Shown piece by piece: positions 46,901 through 56,911 of a stretch of 64,000 bases of DNA. The notes beneath the pieces were generated by a model. That model was not told the origin of the DNA. It did no database searches and was given only the letters and a program-made list of their open reading frames with translations. Position numbers and translations under genes: made by a program. The DNA is from Fuerstiella sp. (GTDB lineage Bacteria > Planctomycetota > Planctomycetia > Planctomycetales > Planctomycetaceae): assembly GCA_040222735.1 (NCBI GenBank), contig JAVKCM010000069.1:5811-69810 (forward strand). Reading direction: 5' to 3'. How positions within the stretch are numbered: the first letter of the stretch is position 1; each line of letters begins with the position of its first letter.

Positions 46901-47331
46901 GTGTCCGGCCACGGCAGCCCCGCGGCTACCCACCGCTGAAGTGTGTGGATCTGTTCCGCCGTCAGTTTCTCGTCCGGCGGCATGCTCAGTTCGTCAGACC
47001 CGGCGACCGCCCGGATGATCAGGCTCCTGTCCACAGCCCCGGGTACCGCAGCCGGTCCGGAATCACCGCCGCGCATCAGCGAAGCACGAGTGTCCAGGCG
47101 CAGGCCGCCATTCTGTTCCTCGGCACCGTGGCAGCGAACACAGTGCGCCACCAGCAGCGGTCGCACCTTCGTTTCGAAGAAGTGTTCACTGTCGCCGTCT
47201 TCGTCAGCCTGTCCGACGACCGGACTGGCCAGGATGAGCCAGAAGACGCACAGCTGTGTCAGCGTCGCGACCGCGGACGACTGACGGAACTGTCCACGAG
47301 CAGCGCATGGCCGGAATTCGTTGTCACTCAC
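43948..47331 (-). CDS. Planctomycete cytochrome c (PSCyt1) + DUF1549 + DUF1553 protein
   Basis: FETKVRPLLVAHCVRCHG heme motif, HWAFQP, NAIDAFI, WARHWLDVARYSDTKG, CARCHDHKYDPI, NPLTARVIVNRVWAQHFG, PSHPELLDWL. Confidence 0.93.
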   Translation of the reverse strand: MSDNEFRPCAARGQFRQSSAVATLTQLCVFWLILASPVVGQADEDGDSEHFFETKVRPLLVAHCVRCHGAEEQNGGLRLDTRASLMRGGDSGPAAVPGAVDRSLIIRAVAGSDELSMPPDEKLTAEQIHTLQRWVAAGLPWPDTAHLQAPSIADADDHWAFQPSAVVSVPSMPNTTWPRNAIDAFILRALQQNGLSPAPRAKSRDLVRRLSHTLTGLPPTPEDVRAFVAMPDEQAYERLVDQYLAAPEYGQHWARHWLDVARYSDTKGYVYAREERFWTHAWRYRDWVVDALNEDLPYDRFLLLQLAADQVDDARHSDLAAMGFLTVGRRFLGVERDIIDDRIDVVTRGTMGLTVSCARCHDHKYDPIPTADYYSLYGVFDSCVERTVRLSDQPMPDDYEAELKKRQTVLQERLAQSRAESSARVRGRIRDYLVAQTELHKYPPKGFDQVFQKSDLLPAFVSRWAAYLRAAQRRQDPVFVPWHLYRELDTAEFAARAPAVTQQIHDSGAAVNPIVAAAFAMPPADFSEVIDRYAEILTEIDRQWAEQQTAAKATGKPQPTQLAEAAAEQLRAVLYGPAAPCEVPDEPIVHTESFFDSGTCTALWKLQGDVDRWLIEPAAPPEVGLILTDREIPSEPRIFRRGNPMNPGEDVPRRFLKVLSPAGRTPFETGSGRLELAQAIVAEDNPLTARVIVNRVWAQHFGRGLVPTPSDFGLRASAPSHPELLDWLTTEFRTNGWSLKWLHRMIVTSATFQQSASRSDQDAVLPVALEVDPENRLLWRMNSRRLTFEQFRDAMLTATGELNTQRGGKPAPLFDNPTNVRRTLYGLVDRQFLPSILRVFDFANPDLHVPQRNQTTVPQQALFFMNHPLVLDRARRLAEVVSPNATPERMVIELFQRVLLRHPTADERRDAVALLSAVESDSPTLRPTAADWSFGFGGYNEQSQRVENFQPLPHFTGAAWQGGPAWPDPKLGWVQLSAVGGHPGNTRDTACVRRWTAPADMTVRIESRLVHERAAGDGVRAFVVSSVHGQLATAAVHQSSASLDIESLTVTAGETIDFVVDINNVLNSDEHLWKAVISATPTASSPVGTSLSWDSTLDFTTNTGSRLTPAEQLAQILFCSNEFLFVD

Positions 47332-47683
47332 CAGCAGGTCCTCTTGTGCGATGATTGCGGTCCATTGGCAGAACCGCGTCCCTGTTGCAGTCTCAAGGGT
47401 AACACGTTCCGACCGCCAGACTCAATCCTCTACCCTGGGTGCAGTCGGGTTTGTGATGTGATAACCATTGGTTTTTGGGTTTATTTGCCGGCATGTTCCG
47501 GGTTGTTGGGGGAATTTGTCTGGGGGAGCGTGGTGTAGTCGTGGAGGCCGCGGGACCAGATTTTATTCCAGAGACGGCTGCGGCGGGCGGTTCGGAGGTC
47601 GACGATATCACGTCTTGCTGCGGCTGGAAGCCCCGGCTACGGAAATGCAGCCTGTTCGTCACGGGACAGCGGGGCGGGGCGGT

Positions 47684-50600
47684 TCAGGCTGCTTTGCTTC
47701 GGTCGCTGTCACGGGGGACGAAGTTGCCTTTTTCGTCAATTTCCTCGAATCGGACCACCAGACGCTTCGAGATGCCGGATTCCTCCATGGTCACACCGTA
47801 CAGGACATCGGTGACGGCCATGGTTGGCTTGCGGTGTGTGATCATGATGAACTGTGTTTCCTGGCGGAAGTCCTTCAGCACTCCGACAAAGCGTCCGATG
47901 TTGGCGTCATCCAGTGCGGCATCGACTTCGTCCAGAATACAGAATGGGCTGGGACGGCTTTTGAAGATGGACAGCAGCAGGGCCACAGCAGTCATTGTTT
48001 TCTCTCCGCCGCTCAGGAGAGAAATGCTGCGCAGTTCCTTTCCGGGGGGACGGGCCACAACGTCGATGGAACAGTCCAGAACATCTTCCGGATCTTCCAG
48101 AATGACATCGGCTTCGCCACCGCCGAACAGACGGCGAAACAGTTCGCGAAAGTGACCGCGGACACATTCAAAGGATTCTTCGAACATCCGGCGGCTTTCG
48201 ACGTTGATCTGCCGCACCATATCCCGCAGTGTATCGCGGGCCGCTTCCAGGTCGCGCAGCTGCGAATGCAGGCGTTCAAAACGAGTTTCCAGTTCGTTCA
48301 GGTTGTCCAGACTTTCCGTCCCGACGTTGCCGATCTTCTTCAGCTTTCGCCGTAGTTTGCCGACGCGCTGTTCCACTGTCTGTCGCAATTCGTCGTAGCG
48401 CGTGTCATCTCGAAGAATCTGCTGCACCTGGGGGTCATCGATGGTCAGTTCATGATCCCGGTCGTCATCTTCCGCGGCCGACTCTTCTTCAACCGTCTCG
48501 CTCAGTTCTTCCTCATCTTCATCTTCCGTCGGTCTGCTGCTTTCTGTGGACGGACGGGATTCCGTCGATTGCTCAGTGAGCCACACGGCAACGGCCGAGC
48601 TGCCGGATTCGACCGCCTCTTCGACCGTAATCTGATACTCATCCTGAATACGTTCTGCGGACGTTTTCAGCTGATGATCGATACCACGGACCTTGAGTTC
48701 GATTTCGTGAAACTGCTGTTCGTGATGCCGACAGATTTCGCGAGCCCGCTGTTCTGCCGTGGTGGCTTCCTGGCGTCGCTGTCGCAGCAGCGCGCGAGCG
48801 TCACTGCGGCGCAGCACTTCCATGCTGAGCCAATCGTCATGGACCATCAGTTCCGAGATTTCCGCGTTGACGTTCAGGCGACTGAGATTCAGTTCTCCCA
48901 GGCGTACCAGCCCCACTGAAAGTCGGCGGACGGCTTCGTGCTGCTGCAGGCGGCGCTGCTGCAGATCCTCGCTGAGTCGCTGAACGGCATCACGAATGCC
49001 GAGCAGACGTTCTTCTGACCGGGTGAGTTCAAGGCTTGCTTCGGTGCGGCACTTTTCCAGCAGATCAGTCTGCCGGCGATCCTCAAGCAGCAGGCGTTCG
49101 GCCTCTTCAATTGTCTGTTTCAGCCCAGTCACCTGCTGATCTGCAGCTTGCTGTTCTTCCTCAGCGTGGGCAATCCGCTGCTGCAGCTGATCGAGACTGT
49201 CGGTGACGGCTTTCCACTGGTCGGACAGCACTCGGTCGTTCCGCTGACTTCCGGCCAGCAGCTGCTGTATTTCGGCCAGCTGCCGCTGCTCGGCTCTGAG
49301 TTCAGCGGTGCAGCGTTCGACATCCTGACGGCTTCCCATCAGTTCTGAGTCTGCAACTTCAATCGAAGCGACCAGCTTCTGCAGTCGCAGGTCCCGTTCT
49401 GAGATCAGATGTTCTATCCGATTCAGTTCGTTCTTCAGGCGACGGAGTTCGCTCTTGCGGGACACGACAGCGGATTCGCTGCGAACAGTTCCGGTAAACA
49501 GTGAGCGATCTTTTTCGACCAGTTCACCCTGCAGCGTGACAAAGCGGTATTCGCCGCCAAGTTCCTGCTGCAGCCGCAGTGCGTCGTCAAGCGACTGAAC
49601 CACCCACGTGTCGGCCAGCAGCTGTGCCGCCAGTGACGGAATGTGTTTCGGGGACCGCGCGAGGCTGTCGGCCCGGCCCACGACTCCCGGCTTACCAACC
49701 AGGCTGACGACGCGGGCATCCGGTCTCGCAAAGACGGATCGCATCGGCGGTATCTCACCATTTTCGTCAACCCAGGTGACATTGAGCTGCGGTACGAATT
49801 CGTCACTGACAGAGGCTGAGAAATCGCCGTCCAGCCAGTCGTCGCCGAACATCCCGAGTCCCAGATCGCCGCTCCAGTTGATGTCGTCGGCAGCCGGAGG
49901 ATGTTCTTCCGGCGAGGAATCGGCAGACGTGTCGGCAGACGGCGGCGTCGATTCGAGCGTGTCCGCGTCCTCCAGCGACACGAAGCCCACGCGACCGGTA
50001 ATCTGACAGCGGCCGGAATTGATATAGCTGACCAGCGGCTGCAGCCGGTCGATGACCAGCAGCTGAGCCCGGCCGGAAAGCGCGACTTCCAGCAGTGCCG
50101 CGTTTTCCATATCCACATCCAGCAGGTCGGCCACACTACCTCGAATCAGACTCCAAGGTTCGCTGCTGCCTTCTTCCGCTCGTCGCAGAATTTCCCGCGT
50201 GCCGATACCGAATCCTTCCTGGCGGTCTTCCAGATCTTCAAGGACCGTCTTGCGGGCCATCGCGGCGCTGCGCTGTTCCCGAAGATCGGCCAGAGTTTCT
50301 CGCGACGCCGTCTGCTCGCTCAGCAGACTGTCGCGGTCGTTCAGGATCCGATCCGCGCGTTCCTCGGCCGCGGTCACTCGTTCCTGAGCCTGCTTTTCGG
50401 CGACCTGCTGTTCCGAGAGTCTCGCCTGCTGATCTGCTATTTCCTGCTGCAGGATTTCGCGTGACTGTGTCAGTTCGTGCTGCCGCTGCTGCAGCGACTG
50501 CTGTTCGTGCCGCAGGCCACCCAGTCTGGTCACCAGGTCAGTGCTGACGCGTGTACATTCCACCAGCTGCTGCCGGGTTTCCTGGATGGCGTGCTGAGCG

Positions 50601-51724
50601 TCATCCAGCGAACTGTGCAGTTCCTTCAGCCGCAAGTCGTTCTTTTCCTGTTCTGCCTGCCGTTCCTCAAGCCGGTGCTGTTCCCGTTCGAGGACGTTTT
50701 CCAGATGGCCTTCTTCCTTTTCTGCTTCCGAGACCCGGCCGTCCATCAACGAACGCTGCCGCTGCAGGCGAACTACTTCTGTCCGAAGTTCAGATTCCCG
50801 GGCGGTGTGGTGTCGGCGCGTGGTTTCCAGGCTGGCGATACGGCTCCGCAGTTCGGCTCGACTGCGTTCGGCTTCCCGCAGTTCGTCGTCGACGGCAGAC
50901 AGTGCCTGATCCGCTTCGGCCAGCTGTTGTTCCGCCTGCTGCTGATGTTCGCGGATTTCGGCCAGTGTTTCCGCGGCTTCCTGCTGTTCGCGGTTCAGGC
51001 GATCGCGCACCATGGACTGACGGCGAAAGTCGTCCGCCACCATGCCGACCCACAGCTTCTGCAGTCTGGTGGATACGTCGCGATACTGCATCGCGCGTTT
51101 CGCCTGACTGCGGATGCTTTTCACCTGGGATTCGACTTCGTCGACGATGTCCGTCAGCCGCAGCAGGTTCTGTTCAACGCGTTCCAGCCGACGTTCGGCC
51201 TCATTCTTGCGTTGTTTGAAACGACTGATGCCGGCCGCTTCTTCAAAGATCAGACGCCGATTGGCGGCGTTGGACTGCAGAATCTGGTCTACCCGCCCCT
51301 GTTCAATGATGCAGTAGGAGGCTGTTCCGGCGCCGGTACCCATCAGCAGTTCACGGACATCCTTGAGTCGTGAACTGGTCCCGTTGATCAGGTATTCAGA
51401 ATCACCCGTCTTCCACAGGCGCCGTCCGACCGACACCTGGTCATGGTCCACCGGAAGATAGCGCGTGGTGTTGTCGAACGTGAGTGTGGCTTCGGCAAAC
51501 TGAGCTCCGCCACGACTGGTCGAACCGTTGAAGATGACGTCCGTCATCTCTTTCCCGCGGAGACTTTTTGCACTCTGGTCGCCGAGCAGCCATTTGATGG
51601 AATCGACGACGTTACTTTTGCCGCTGCCGTTCGGGCCCACCACGCCGGTAATACCTTCGTGGAACTCGAAGACGGTTTTGTCGGCAAAACTCTTGAAGCC
51701 GAAGAGTTCAAGCGACTTGAGCAT
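47684..51724 (-). CDS. smc: Chromosome segregation protein SMC
   Basis: [16 protein letters not shown] Walker A, long coiled coils, hinge region, LSGGEK signature, [10 protein letters not shown] Walker B/D-loop. Confidence 0.97.
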   Translation of the reverse strand: MLKSLELFGFKSFADKTVFEFHEGITGVVGPNGSGKSNVVDSIKWLLGDQSAKSLRGKEMTDVIFNGSTSRGGAQFAEATLTFDNTTRYLPVDHDQVSVGRRLWKTGDSEYLINGTSSRLKDVRELLMGTGAGTASYCIIEQGRVDQILQSNAANRRLIFEEAAGISRFKQRKNEAERRLERVEQNLLRLTDIVDEVESQVKSIRSQAKRAMQYRDVSTRLQKLWVGMVADDFRRQSMVRDRLNREQQEAAETLAEIREHQQQAEQQLAEADQALSAVDDELREAERSRAELRSRIASLETTRRHHTARESELRTEVVRLQRQRSLMDGRVSEAEKEEGHLENVLEREQHRLEERQAEQEKNDLRLKELHSSLDDAQHAIQETRQQLVECTRVSTDLVTRLGGLRHEQQSLQQRQHELTQSREILQQEIADQQARLSEQQVAEKQAQERVTAAEERADRILNDRDSLLSEQTASRETLADLREQRSAAMARKTVLEDLEDRQEGFGIGTREILRRAEEGSSEPWSLIRGSVADLLDVDMENAALLEVALSGRAQLLVIDRLQPLVSYINSGRCQITGRVGFVSLEDADTLESTPPSADTSADSSPEEHPPAADDINWSGDLGLGMFGDDWLDGDFSASVSDEFVPQLNVTWVDENGEIPPMRSVFARPDARVVSLVGKPGVVGRADSLARSPKHIPSLAAQLLADTWVVQSLDDALRLQQELGGEYRFVTLQGELVEKDRSLFTGTVRSESAVVSRKSELRRLKNELNRIEHLISERDLRLQKLVASIEVADSELMGSRQDVERCTAELRAEQRQLAEIQQLLAGSQRNDRVLSDQWKAVTDSLDQLQQRIAHAEEEQQAADQQVTGLKQTIEEAERLLLEDRRQTDLLEKCRTEASLELTRSEERLLGIRDAVQRLSEDLQQRRLQQHEAVRRLSVGLVRLGELNLSRLNVNAEISELMVHDDWLSMEVLRRSDARALLRQRRQEATTAEQRAREICRHHEQQFHEIELKVRGIDHQLKTSAERIQDEYQITVEEAVESGSSAVAVWLTEQSTESRPSTESSRPTEDEDEEELSETVEEESAAEDDDRDHELTIDDPQVQQILRDDTRYDELRQTVEQRVGKLRRKLKKIGNVGTESLDNLNELETRFERLHSQLRDLEAARDTLRDMVRQINVESRRMFEESFECVRGHFRELFRRLFGGGEADVILEDPEDVLDCSIDVVARPPGKELRSISLLSGGEKTMTAVALLLSIFKSRPSPFCILDEVDAALDDANIGRFVGVLKDFRQETQFIMITHRKPTMAVTDVLYGVTMEESGISKRLVVRFEEIDEKGNFVPRDSDRSKAA

Positions 51725-51863
51725 AAGTATCAGCGACGATCCGTGTTGCCGCGACCGCCGCGTGCTGCAGTCGACGTCGTTCGGGGCAGGGACTGTTTAA
51801 CAGAAGTTGAAGACAGGGTTCGCAGCCACCAGCGGCCACGGGAGTGGGGAACTGATGTTGCCA

Positions 51864-54116
51864 CTAATCTGAGCTTTGAAACGGTGACAGAAAGATACGC
51901 CGCATGCGAGATCCCAGAGGTTCCCGGAAGTCAGTCTTTTCCAGCACAAAGTCATCGCCGTCGTCGGCATCCGAACCGGTCTGGGCGGCTTCTTCAGACA
52001 GATCCAGATTCTGTATGTCCGTGGCGTCCAGCATGTCCGACGTATCCGACGTATCCGACGATGCATCTTCGGTCGAAGCATCCGTCGCGGTTTCGTTCTC
52101 GCCGGTGCCGGCCGTGCTGCCGGCGGCGTTGTCCGTGTGTTCAGCGTCAGCGTCCCTGGCCGTTGCGTCTTCGTTTTCGGCACTGTCCCGCAGCGAGAAC
52201 ATGCGGGCCAGCGCTGAGGCGGCTTCTTCTGAGGTATCCCGGTCTGAGTCTTCGACCTGATCAAACAGGCCCGGCGTCAGAGCCGGCGTACCCAGTTTCG
52301 CTTCAGAGCTGTCTGGCCCGGAACCGCTGCGGCGGAACGATCGTCCAGCCTGAGGCAGCCGGTCAATTCCGAGCTCGCCCATCAGATTGGCCTGTTCATC
52401 GGCTTCCAGAAGCAGCTGGACGACGTCCGGATACCTTGCTCCGAGGTCAGCGACCGTATGCAGAATTTCAACCAGGCTGGTCGATACGACGCGGCGTTCC
52501 GAATCGGCCCCCAGTTCGTACTTCGTCACCGTCACCGTATTTTCGCCCGCCTTGCCGATCACTCGAATCCGGGTACCGGCATTCAGCACGGCCGGCAGAC
52601 GCAGTTTCTGGCCGGTTCCGAAGATGACGACTTCCGGCGAGCGATAGCGGACCACGTGCGCGGCTGGCGCTCCGTCTGTGTTCACGGCGTGCAGCAGAAA
52701 CTGTCCGGGAAATTCGGTTGTCCCCAGAATGGAATCGTTGGGATTGTTTTCCTTCAGCGCTCGAATGGCTCCATATCGTGTTTCCAGCTGTTCTGCTGAC
52801 ATCAGTTCACGCAGTGCCACAACGCTGTCGGCATCGTCAATGACGGACAGGGCGGCGAGGGCATAGACTCGGAATGCCGGTTCTTCAATCGCAGCCTGTT
52901 TCAGCACGTCCACGCCGCTGCTGTCTTCCAGATAGGCCAGCGCCTGAGCTGCATGAAAACGCACTTCCAGACTCGGGCTGCTTAGCGCGGCCTGCAGAAA
53001 CGGAACGCTGTCATTTCCGATGGCTTCCAGCTGCAGCGCGGCACTTCCGGCGGTTTCCGGTTCCAGAATATCGCGGGACAGCCGTTCCATTCTCAGACGG
53101 CGCGCGACATCCGTTTCCTTGTAGGCGATGCTGCGGATCACCTGATTGTATCGCGGGAAGTTGTTGCGATAGGTCGGGTGTACCTTGAGTTCGATCATCA
53201 TGTCCGTCTTGGCCTCGGCCATGGGGACACGCTGACCGAATCGGTTGTAATGATGCAGCCGTCGGGCAATGGCATTTTCGATGCGTTTGGCGGTCTTCAG
53301 GCCGCGATATTCGTTGCGCAGGATGACTTCCAGGTTACGTTCGGTTTTGGACACGGCTCCACCGGGAATGGAGCCACGACGCAGCATGGATCCGTTTGAT
53401 CGGCCGCCGTCACCGAGAGCCGTCAGGATGGCTCCGCCCGCCACGCCGTACTGATGACCTTTCAGGTTGCCGCGACCGGGCACGCTGTGTTCTTCTGTCA
53501 GCCGGGTTTCCAGCAGGACGCCGCCCTTCAGACTGGTCGCCTCACTATTGGGCGGCAGCGCGACGCGGACATCGAAGGTCTGGCCTTCCCGAACCATCGC
53601 CGGCAGGTAAGCCGTGACGATCACGAGGGCCGTATTACGAGACGCCAGGATGCGGGACGGATTGGGAATCTTCAGCCGAGCCATCTCGTCCAGCAGTTCC
53701 TTTCTGAGATGAGACGGCGGCGGATCTCCGCCCGTGCCGTCCAGCTGAGTCACCAGCCCCACGCCGCGCAACGCGACAAGGTTGTTGCCCGTGACGCTGA
53801 TGTAGTCACGCAGCAGCGGAGTTTCAATACGCGTTTCGGTGTCAAAATCGTGGTCTTCTTCCTTACCCTTCGGTTCGTCCTTATCTCTGTTCACCAGACT
53901 CGCAAACTTTGATCCCAGCGCGTTCGCTCCCGACAGATTCAGCAGGCTGCTGGCGCAGCCGGAAACGCCGACCAGCAGGATCGTCAGCAGCAGTCCAAGC
54001 CAGGTGCGTCCGAGCACGGTCCGTCCGAGCACGGTCCGTCCGGGCCAGCGCCGTCCGGGCACAGACGTGTTGCGAGCACGAATTCTCGGAAAGTTCTTGT
54101 TCATGGCGTTCGCCAT
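51864..54116 (-). CDS. FlgI (flagellar P-ring)-like lipoprotein with HEAT repeats and acidic tail
   Basis: Lipobox LLVGVSG-C. LRGVGLVTQLDGTGGD, TALVIVTAYLP, FDVRV...SLKGGVLLETRL resemble FlgI. SLEVRFHAAQALAYL HEAT-like repeats. Start among 54104, 54116 and 54143. Confidence 0.75.
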   Translation of the reverse strand: MANAMNKNFPRIRARNTSVPGRRWPGRTVLGRTVLGRTWLGLLLTILLVGVSGCASSLLNLSGANALGSKFASLVNRDKDEPKGKEEDHDFDTETRIETPLLRDYISVTGNNLVALRGVGLVTQLDGTGGDPPPSHLRKELLDEMARLKIPNPSRILASRNTALVIVTAYLPAMVREGQTFDVRVALPPNSEATSLKGGVLLETRLTEEHSVPGRGNLKGHQYGVAGGAILTALGDGGRSNGSMLRRGSIPGGAVSKTERNLEVILRNEYRGLKTAKRIENAIARRLHHYNRFGQRVPMAEAKTDMMIELKVHPTYRNNFPRYNQVIRSIAYKETDVARRLRMERLSRDILEPETAGSAALQLEAIGNDSVPFLQAALSSPSLEVRFHAAQALAYLEDSSGVDVLKQAAIEEPAFRVYALAALSVIDDADSVVALRELMSAEQLETRYGAIRALKENNPNDSILGTTEFPGQFLLHAVNTDGAPAAHVVRYRSPEVVIFGTGQKLRLPAVLNAGTRIRVIGKAGENTVTVTKYELGADSERRVVSTSLVEILHTVADLGARYPDVVQLLLEADEQANLMGELGIDRLPQAGRSFRRSGSGPDSSEAKLGTPALTPGLFDQVEDSDRDTSEEAASALARMFSLRDSAENEDATARDADAEHTDNAAGSTAGTGENETATDASTEDASSDTSDTSDMLDATDIQNLDLSEEAAQTGSDADDGDDFVLEKTDFREPLGSRMRRIFLSPFQSSD
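54007..54066 (-). repeat. 15-bp tandem repeat x4 (two perfect copies) in the signal-peptide n-region (PGRRW-PGRTV-LGRTV-LGRTW)
   Basis: cgtccgagcacggtc twice, then two degenerate copies. Confidence 0.8.
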
Positions 54117-54655
54117 TGCACTCTCGCGGGACAGTTCCGACACATGCCGATTAGTCTACGGCGAGTCGGCAGAACCGGGACGAGAGGCCCCGAATAAAGG
54201 AGAAACTGGAAGGGAGGCCGGGATGGGGACAGGACAGGTGGATCAGAAAGACAGAGCCGCGGCAACCCGGTCAGGCGGCCGCCTGTGACGCGGTCACTGT
54301 CGAGAAAGCGGAAGATATTCCGCGGCGCGACCGACCGTGCACAGCCGTGATCCTTCAATCCGATCAGACTGGAGACAGACGATACGAATCGATCAGTCGA
54401 TCACGCAAGACGTGTCAGGGGCTGTAGACCGGCCTGGCGCGGGATTGCCGCCGCCCTGCCGCCACCTTCGGCAAATAGTGCGATCCGGGAGTGGACACCG
54501 GCAGGGATCAGATCGGCAGTTTCTGCCGCATCGCCGCGGTCGCGACGCAGCCGACGGCGAGGATCGGCAAAACCCGTGGCAGGTTTCATTTTCAGAAGCG
54601 GACAAATACGATGTGACCAGATCGGGCATTTCAGGCGGTTCTGCAGACACTTACC

Positions 54656-54680
54656 TGTCCGGCAGAGTGCCTGCCGGACA
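54656..54680. repeat. Perfect 10-bp hairpin TGTCCGGCAG-AGTGC-CTGCCGGACA in a long intergenic region
   Basis: Exact inverted repeat read directly from the sequence. Confidence 0.65.
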
Positions 54681-54881
54681 CCGTTCAGCGTCTGGTTCTC
54701 CGTCGCCCGGGGCATCCGCCCGCCGCGTTTTTCGTGTCGCCCGTCGCGGGAAACTGCAGTCGGCCGGTATTCGCGCAACACCGGGACATCCGGAGTTCCG
54801 GATCGCTCCTGACGTTGTACGATGAAGTCCCCGCCGGCATGAACGTCACAGGCCGCCGCAGATACAAAGCAGGAAATCCTT

Positions 54882-56090
54882 ATGAGCAACGAAGATCCAG
54901 GTCAGCTGGAGGGTGAACTGACTGAGATGTTCTGCAACTTCGTGCGTCTCGAAGTGATCTCTGAAAGTTCTCAGCCCGGTGCCAGACTGACCGTCTGCCG
55001 AATGTCCTACACGCCACAGTCCTCAGATTCCTCGCGCGCACGTCCGGTGCGACAGACGGCCGTCGTGCTGTCAGCCGATGATCTGGACCTGCCGCAGTTC
55101 GTATTGCATCCCCATCTGAAGGGGATTCTGGGAAAGCTGAGTGCCAGCCTGGGCGTGCTGTCCGACATTAATTTTGACGACTCGCCGGAATTCTCAGATG
55201 CCTACCTGCTGCACGGCTGGGCGGAAGAACCGGTGCGACTTCTGTTCAACAAATCACTCCGCGATCATTTTGCGGATCGTCCCGGGTGGAGCGTTCGGGG
55301 AAATGGCAACCGCCTGGTCGTGTTCCGCCACAACCAGATCTGCCCCGACGACGCTGTCGACGAGTTCGTTCAGGATGCTTTGGCCATTCTTGAGCTGTTC
55401 CGTGAGGCCGAATCGGAACTGGACCAGCGTCCCGACGTGCAGCGTGAAACAACAGCACAGGACATGCATTCGAGCGCTGCCCGAATGGGGGGCATTGCCG
55501 GAGCGATCCTGCAGAACCAGCTGCGGAAGCTCGCGGTCAGCGAAGACGAACTGCAGGAGTTTCTGAAGGCCGCTGTCCCGAGACCCCTGCCACCCGGACT
55601 CAAACGCCAGGTCCTGGGCGACAATTTCATGCTGATCATCATTGGTGCGATCTTTTTTGTGGCGGGCGTGGCAGCCGGGTCTGCCTCGCTGATGATCGGC
55701 GGCGGGCCCACCGAAAGAGGCGTGGGCCTTCTGTTTCTGATTCTGTTCCCGCTGATCGGCGGGCTGATGGCCGGGCTGACAATCCGCCACCGCCGACGAA
55801 AGGCTCGGGTTCTGCAATATGGCGTCGTGACCGAAGGTCGGGTCAGCAACGCACGTCGCACAAGTATCATGGTGAACAGTCAGCTCAGACATGTGGCGAC
55901 CGTCGAGTACCATGTGGATGGTCAGTCAAAGCAGGCGACGTGCAACGTCTATGGCTCGGCGGCCGACAACGCCCACGCGCTGCACAAATCAGGAAACCCT
56001 GTCACCATACTGGTCGACCCCGCAGATCCGAAGCATGTGGTGTGCACCGACTTCCTGCTGATTTTCGATGACCCGGAGACCACCTGGTAA
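54882..56090 (+). CDS. Hypothetical membrane protein: soluble N-terminal domain, two TM helices, DUF3592-like beta-rich C-terminus
   Basis: 402-aa ORF with AGGAA RBS. Hydrophobic FMLIIIGAIFFVAGVAAG and VGLLFLILFPLIGGLMAG. C-terminal GVVTEGRV...ATVEY.VDG...VTILVDPADP. Confidence 0.75.
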   Translation: MSNEDPGQLEGELTEMFCNFVRLEVISESSQPGARLTVCRMSYTPQSSDSSRARPVRQTAVVLSADDLDLPQFVLHPHLKGILGKLSASLGVLSDINFDDSPEFSDAYLLHGWAEEPVRLLFNKSLRDHFADRPGWSVRGNGNRLVVFRHNQICPDDAVDEFVQDALAILELFREAESELDQRPDVQRETTAQDMHSSAARMGGIAGAILQNQLRKLAVSEDELQEFLKAAVPRPLPPGLKRQVLGDNFMLIIIGAIFFVAGVAAGSASLMIGGGPTERGVGLLFLILFPLIGGLMAGLTIRHRRRKARVLQYGVVTEGRVSNARRTSIMVNSQLRHVATVEYHVDGQSKQATCNVYGSAADNAHALHKSGNPVTILVDPADPKHVVCTDFLLIFDDPETTW

Positions 56091-56170
56091 GACTCACTTG
56101 TCACATGGTGAAAGTTTGAGACACTGGGTGTGAGGCCCGCCGCGTTCTTCCTACCCGATTCCTGACAGGA

Positions 56171-56845
56171 ATGTTCCTTATGCGATCTGCTCTGCTGCCC
56201 CTGGCCCTCAGCCTGCTTGTGTCCCCGGGTGTTGCTCAGACGAACAGCAGCCCGCAACGCTGGGAAAAGAACATTCAGGAATTCGAACGACGAATCGCCG
56301 ACGGTGATTCGAAACCGGGCGGTGTGCTGTTTGTGGGCAGTTCCAGCATCCGGCTGTGGAAGCTGGATCAGTCATTTCCGTCACTCAAGCCGATCAATCA
56401 CGGCTTCGGCGGCTCAGAAATTTCAGATTCGCTGCACTACTTCAATCGTATCATTGCGCCGCTGAAGCCGTCGATGATTGTGCTGTACGCGGGAGACAAC
56501 GACATCGCCAAGGGCAAAACGGCCGAGACGGTTCACGCCGACTTCCGGAAATTTGTCCAGCTGGTGAAATCGAATCTGTCGGCGGACACCAGGGTTGGCT
56601 TCATCGCGATCAAGCCGAGCATCAAACGCTGGAATCTGGCCGAAGAAATGGCCAGCGCCAACAAGCTGATCGAAACCACGTGCGCGATGGATGACCAGCT
56701 GGTCTACATTGACATCTGGAAACCGATGCTGGGGGCTGACGGCCGGCCCCGCCCCGAATTATTTGCCAAAGACGGCCTGCATCTGAACGACACCGGCTAC
56801 GAACTCTGGAATTCAATCGTGGCAAAGATGTTGCCGCCGGAATAG
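56171..56845 (+). CDS. SGNH/GDSL-family hydrolase, secreted
   Basis: VLFVGSSSIRLW, NHGFGGS, YAGDND, DGLHLN..GY blocks. Signal peptide. Confidence 0.92.
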   Translation: MFLMRSALLPLALSLLVSPGVAQTNSSPQRWEKNIQEFERRIADGDSKPGGVLFVGSSSIRLWKLDQSFPSLKPINHGFGGSEISDSLHYFNRIIAPLKPSMIVLYAGDNDIAKGKTAETVHADFRKFVQLVKSNLSADTRVGFIAIKPSIKRWNLAEEMASANKLIETTCAMDDQLVYIDIWKPMLGADGRPRPELFAKDGLHLNDTGYELWNSIVAKMLPPE

Positions 56846-56911
56846 CCTCATTGGAGCGTTGGCGATTCAACCGCCACGGAGCTCGCCGGGCTGTCGATTC
56901 AACAGCTTCCG

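Noticed and set aside
47332-47683. A/C-rich minus-strand stretch between smc and the DUF1553 gene as a possible ncRNA
   Set aside because: Compositional skew only, with no clear structure apart from one REP-like half-site at 47620-47640.
47684-54143. parS site near smc
   Set aside because: No TGTTTCACGTGAAACA-like palindrome was found by eye.
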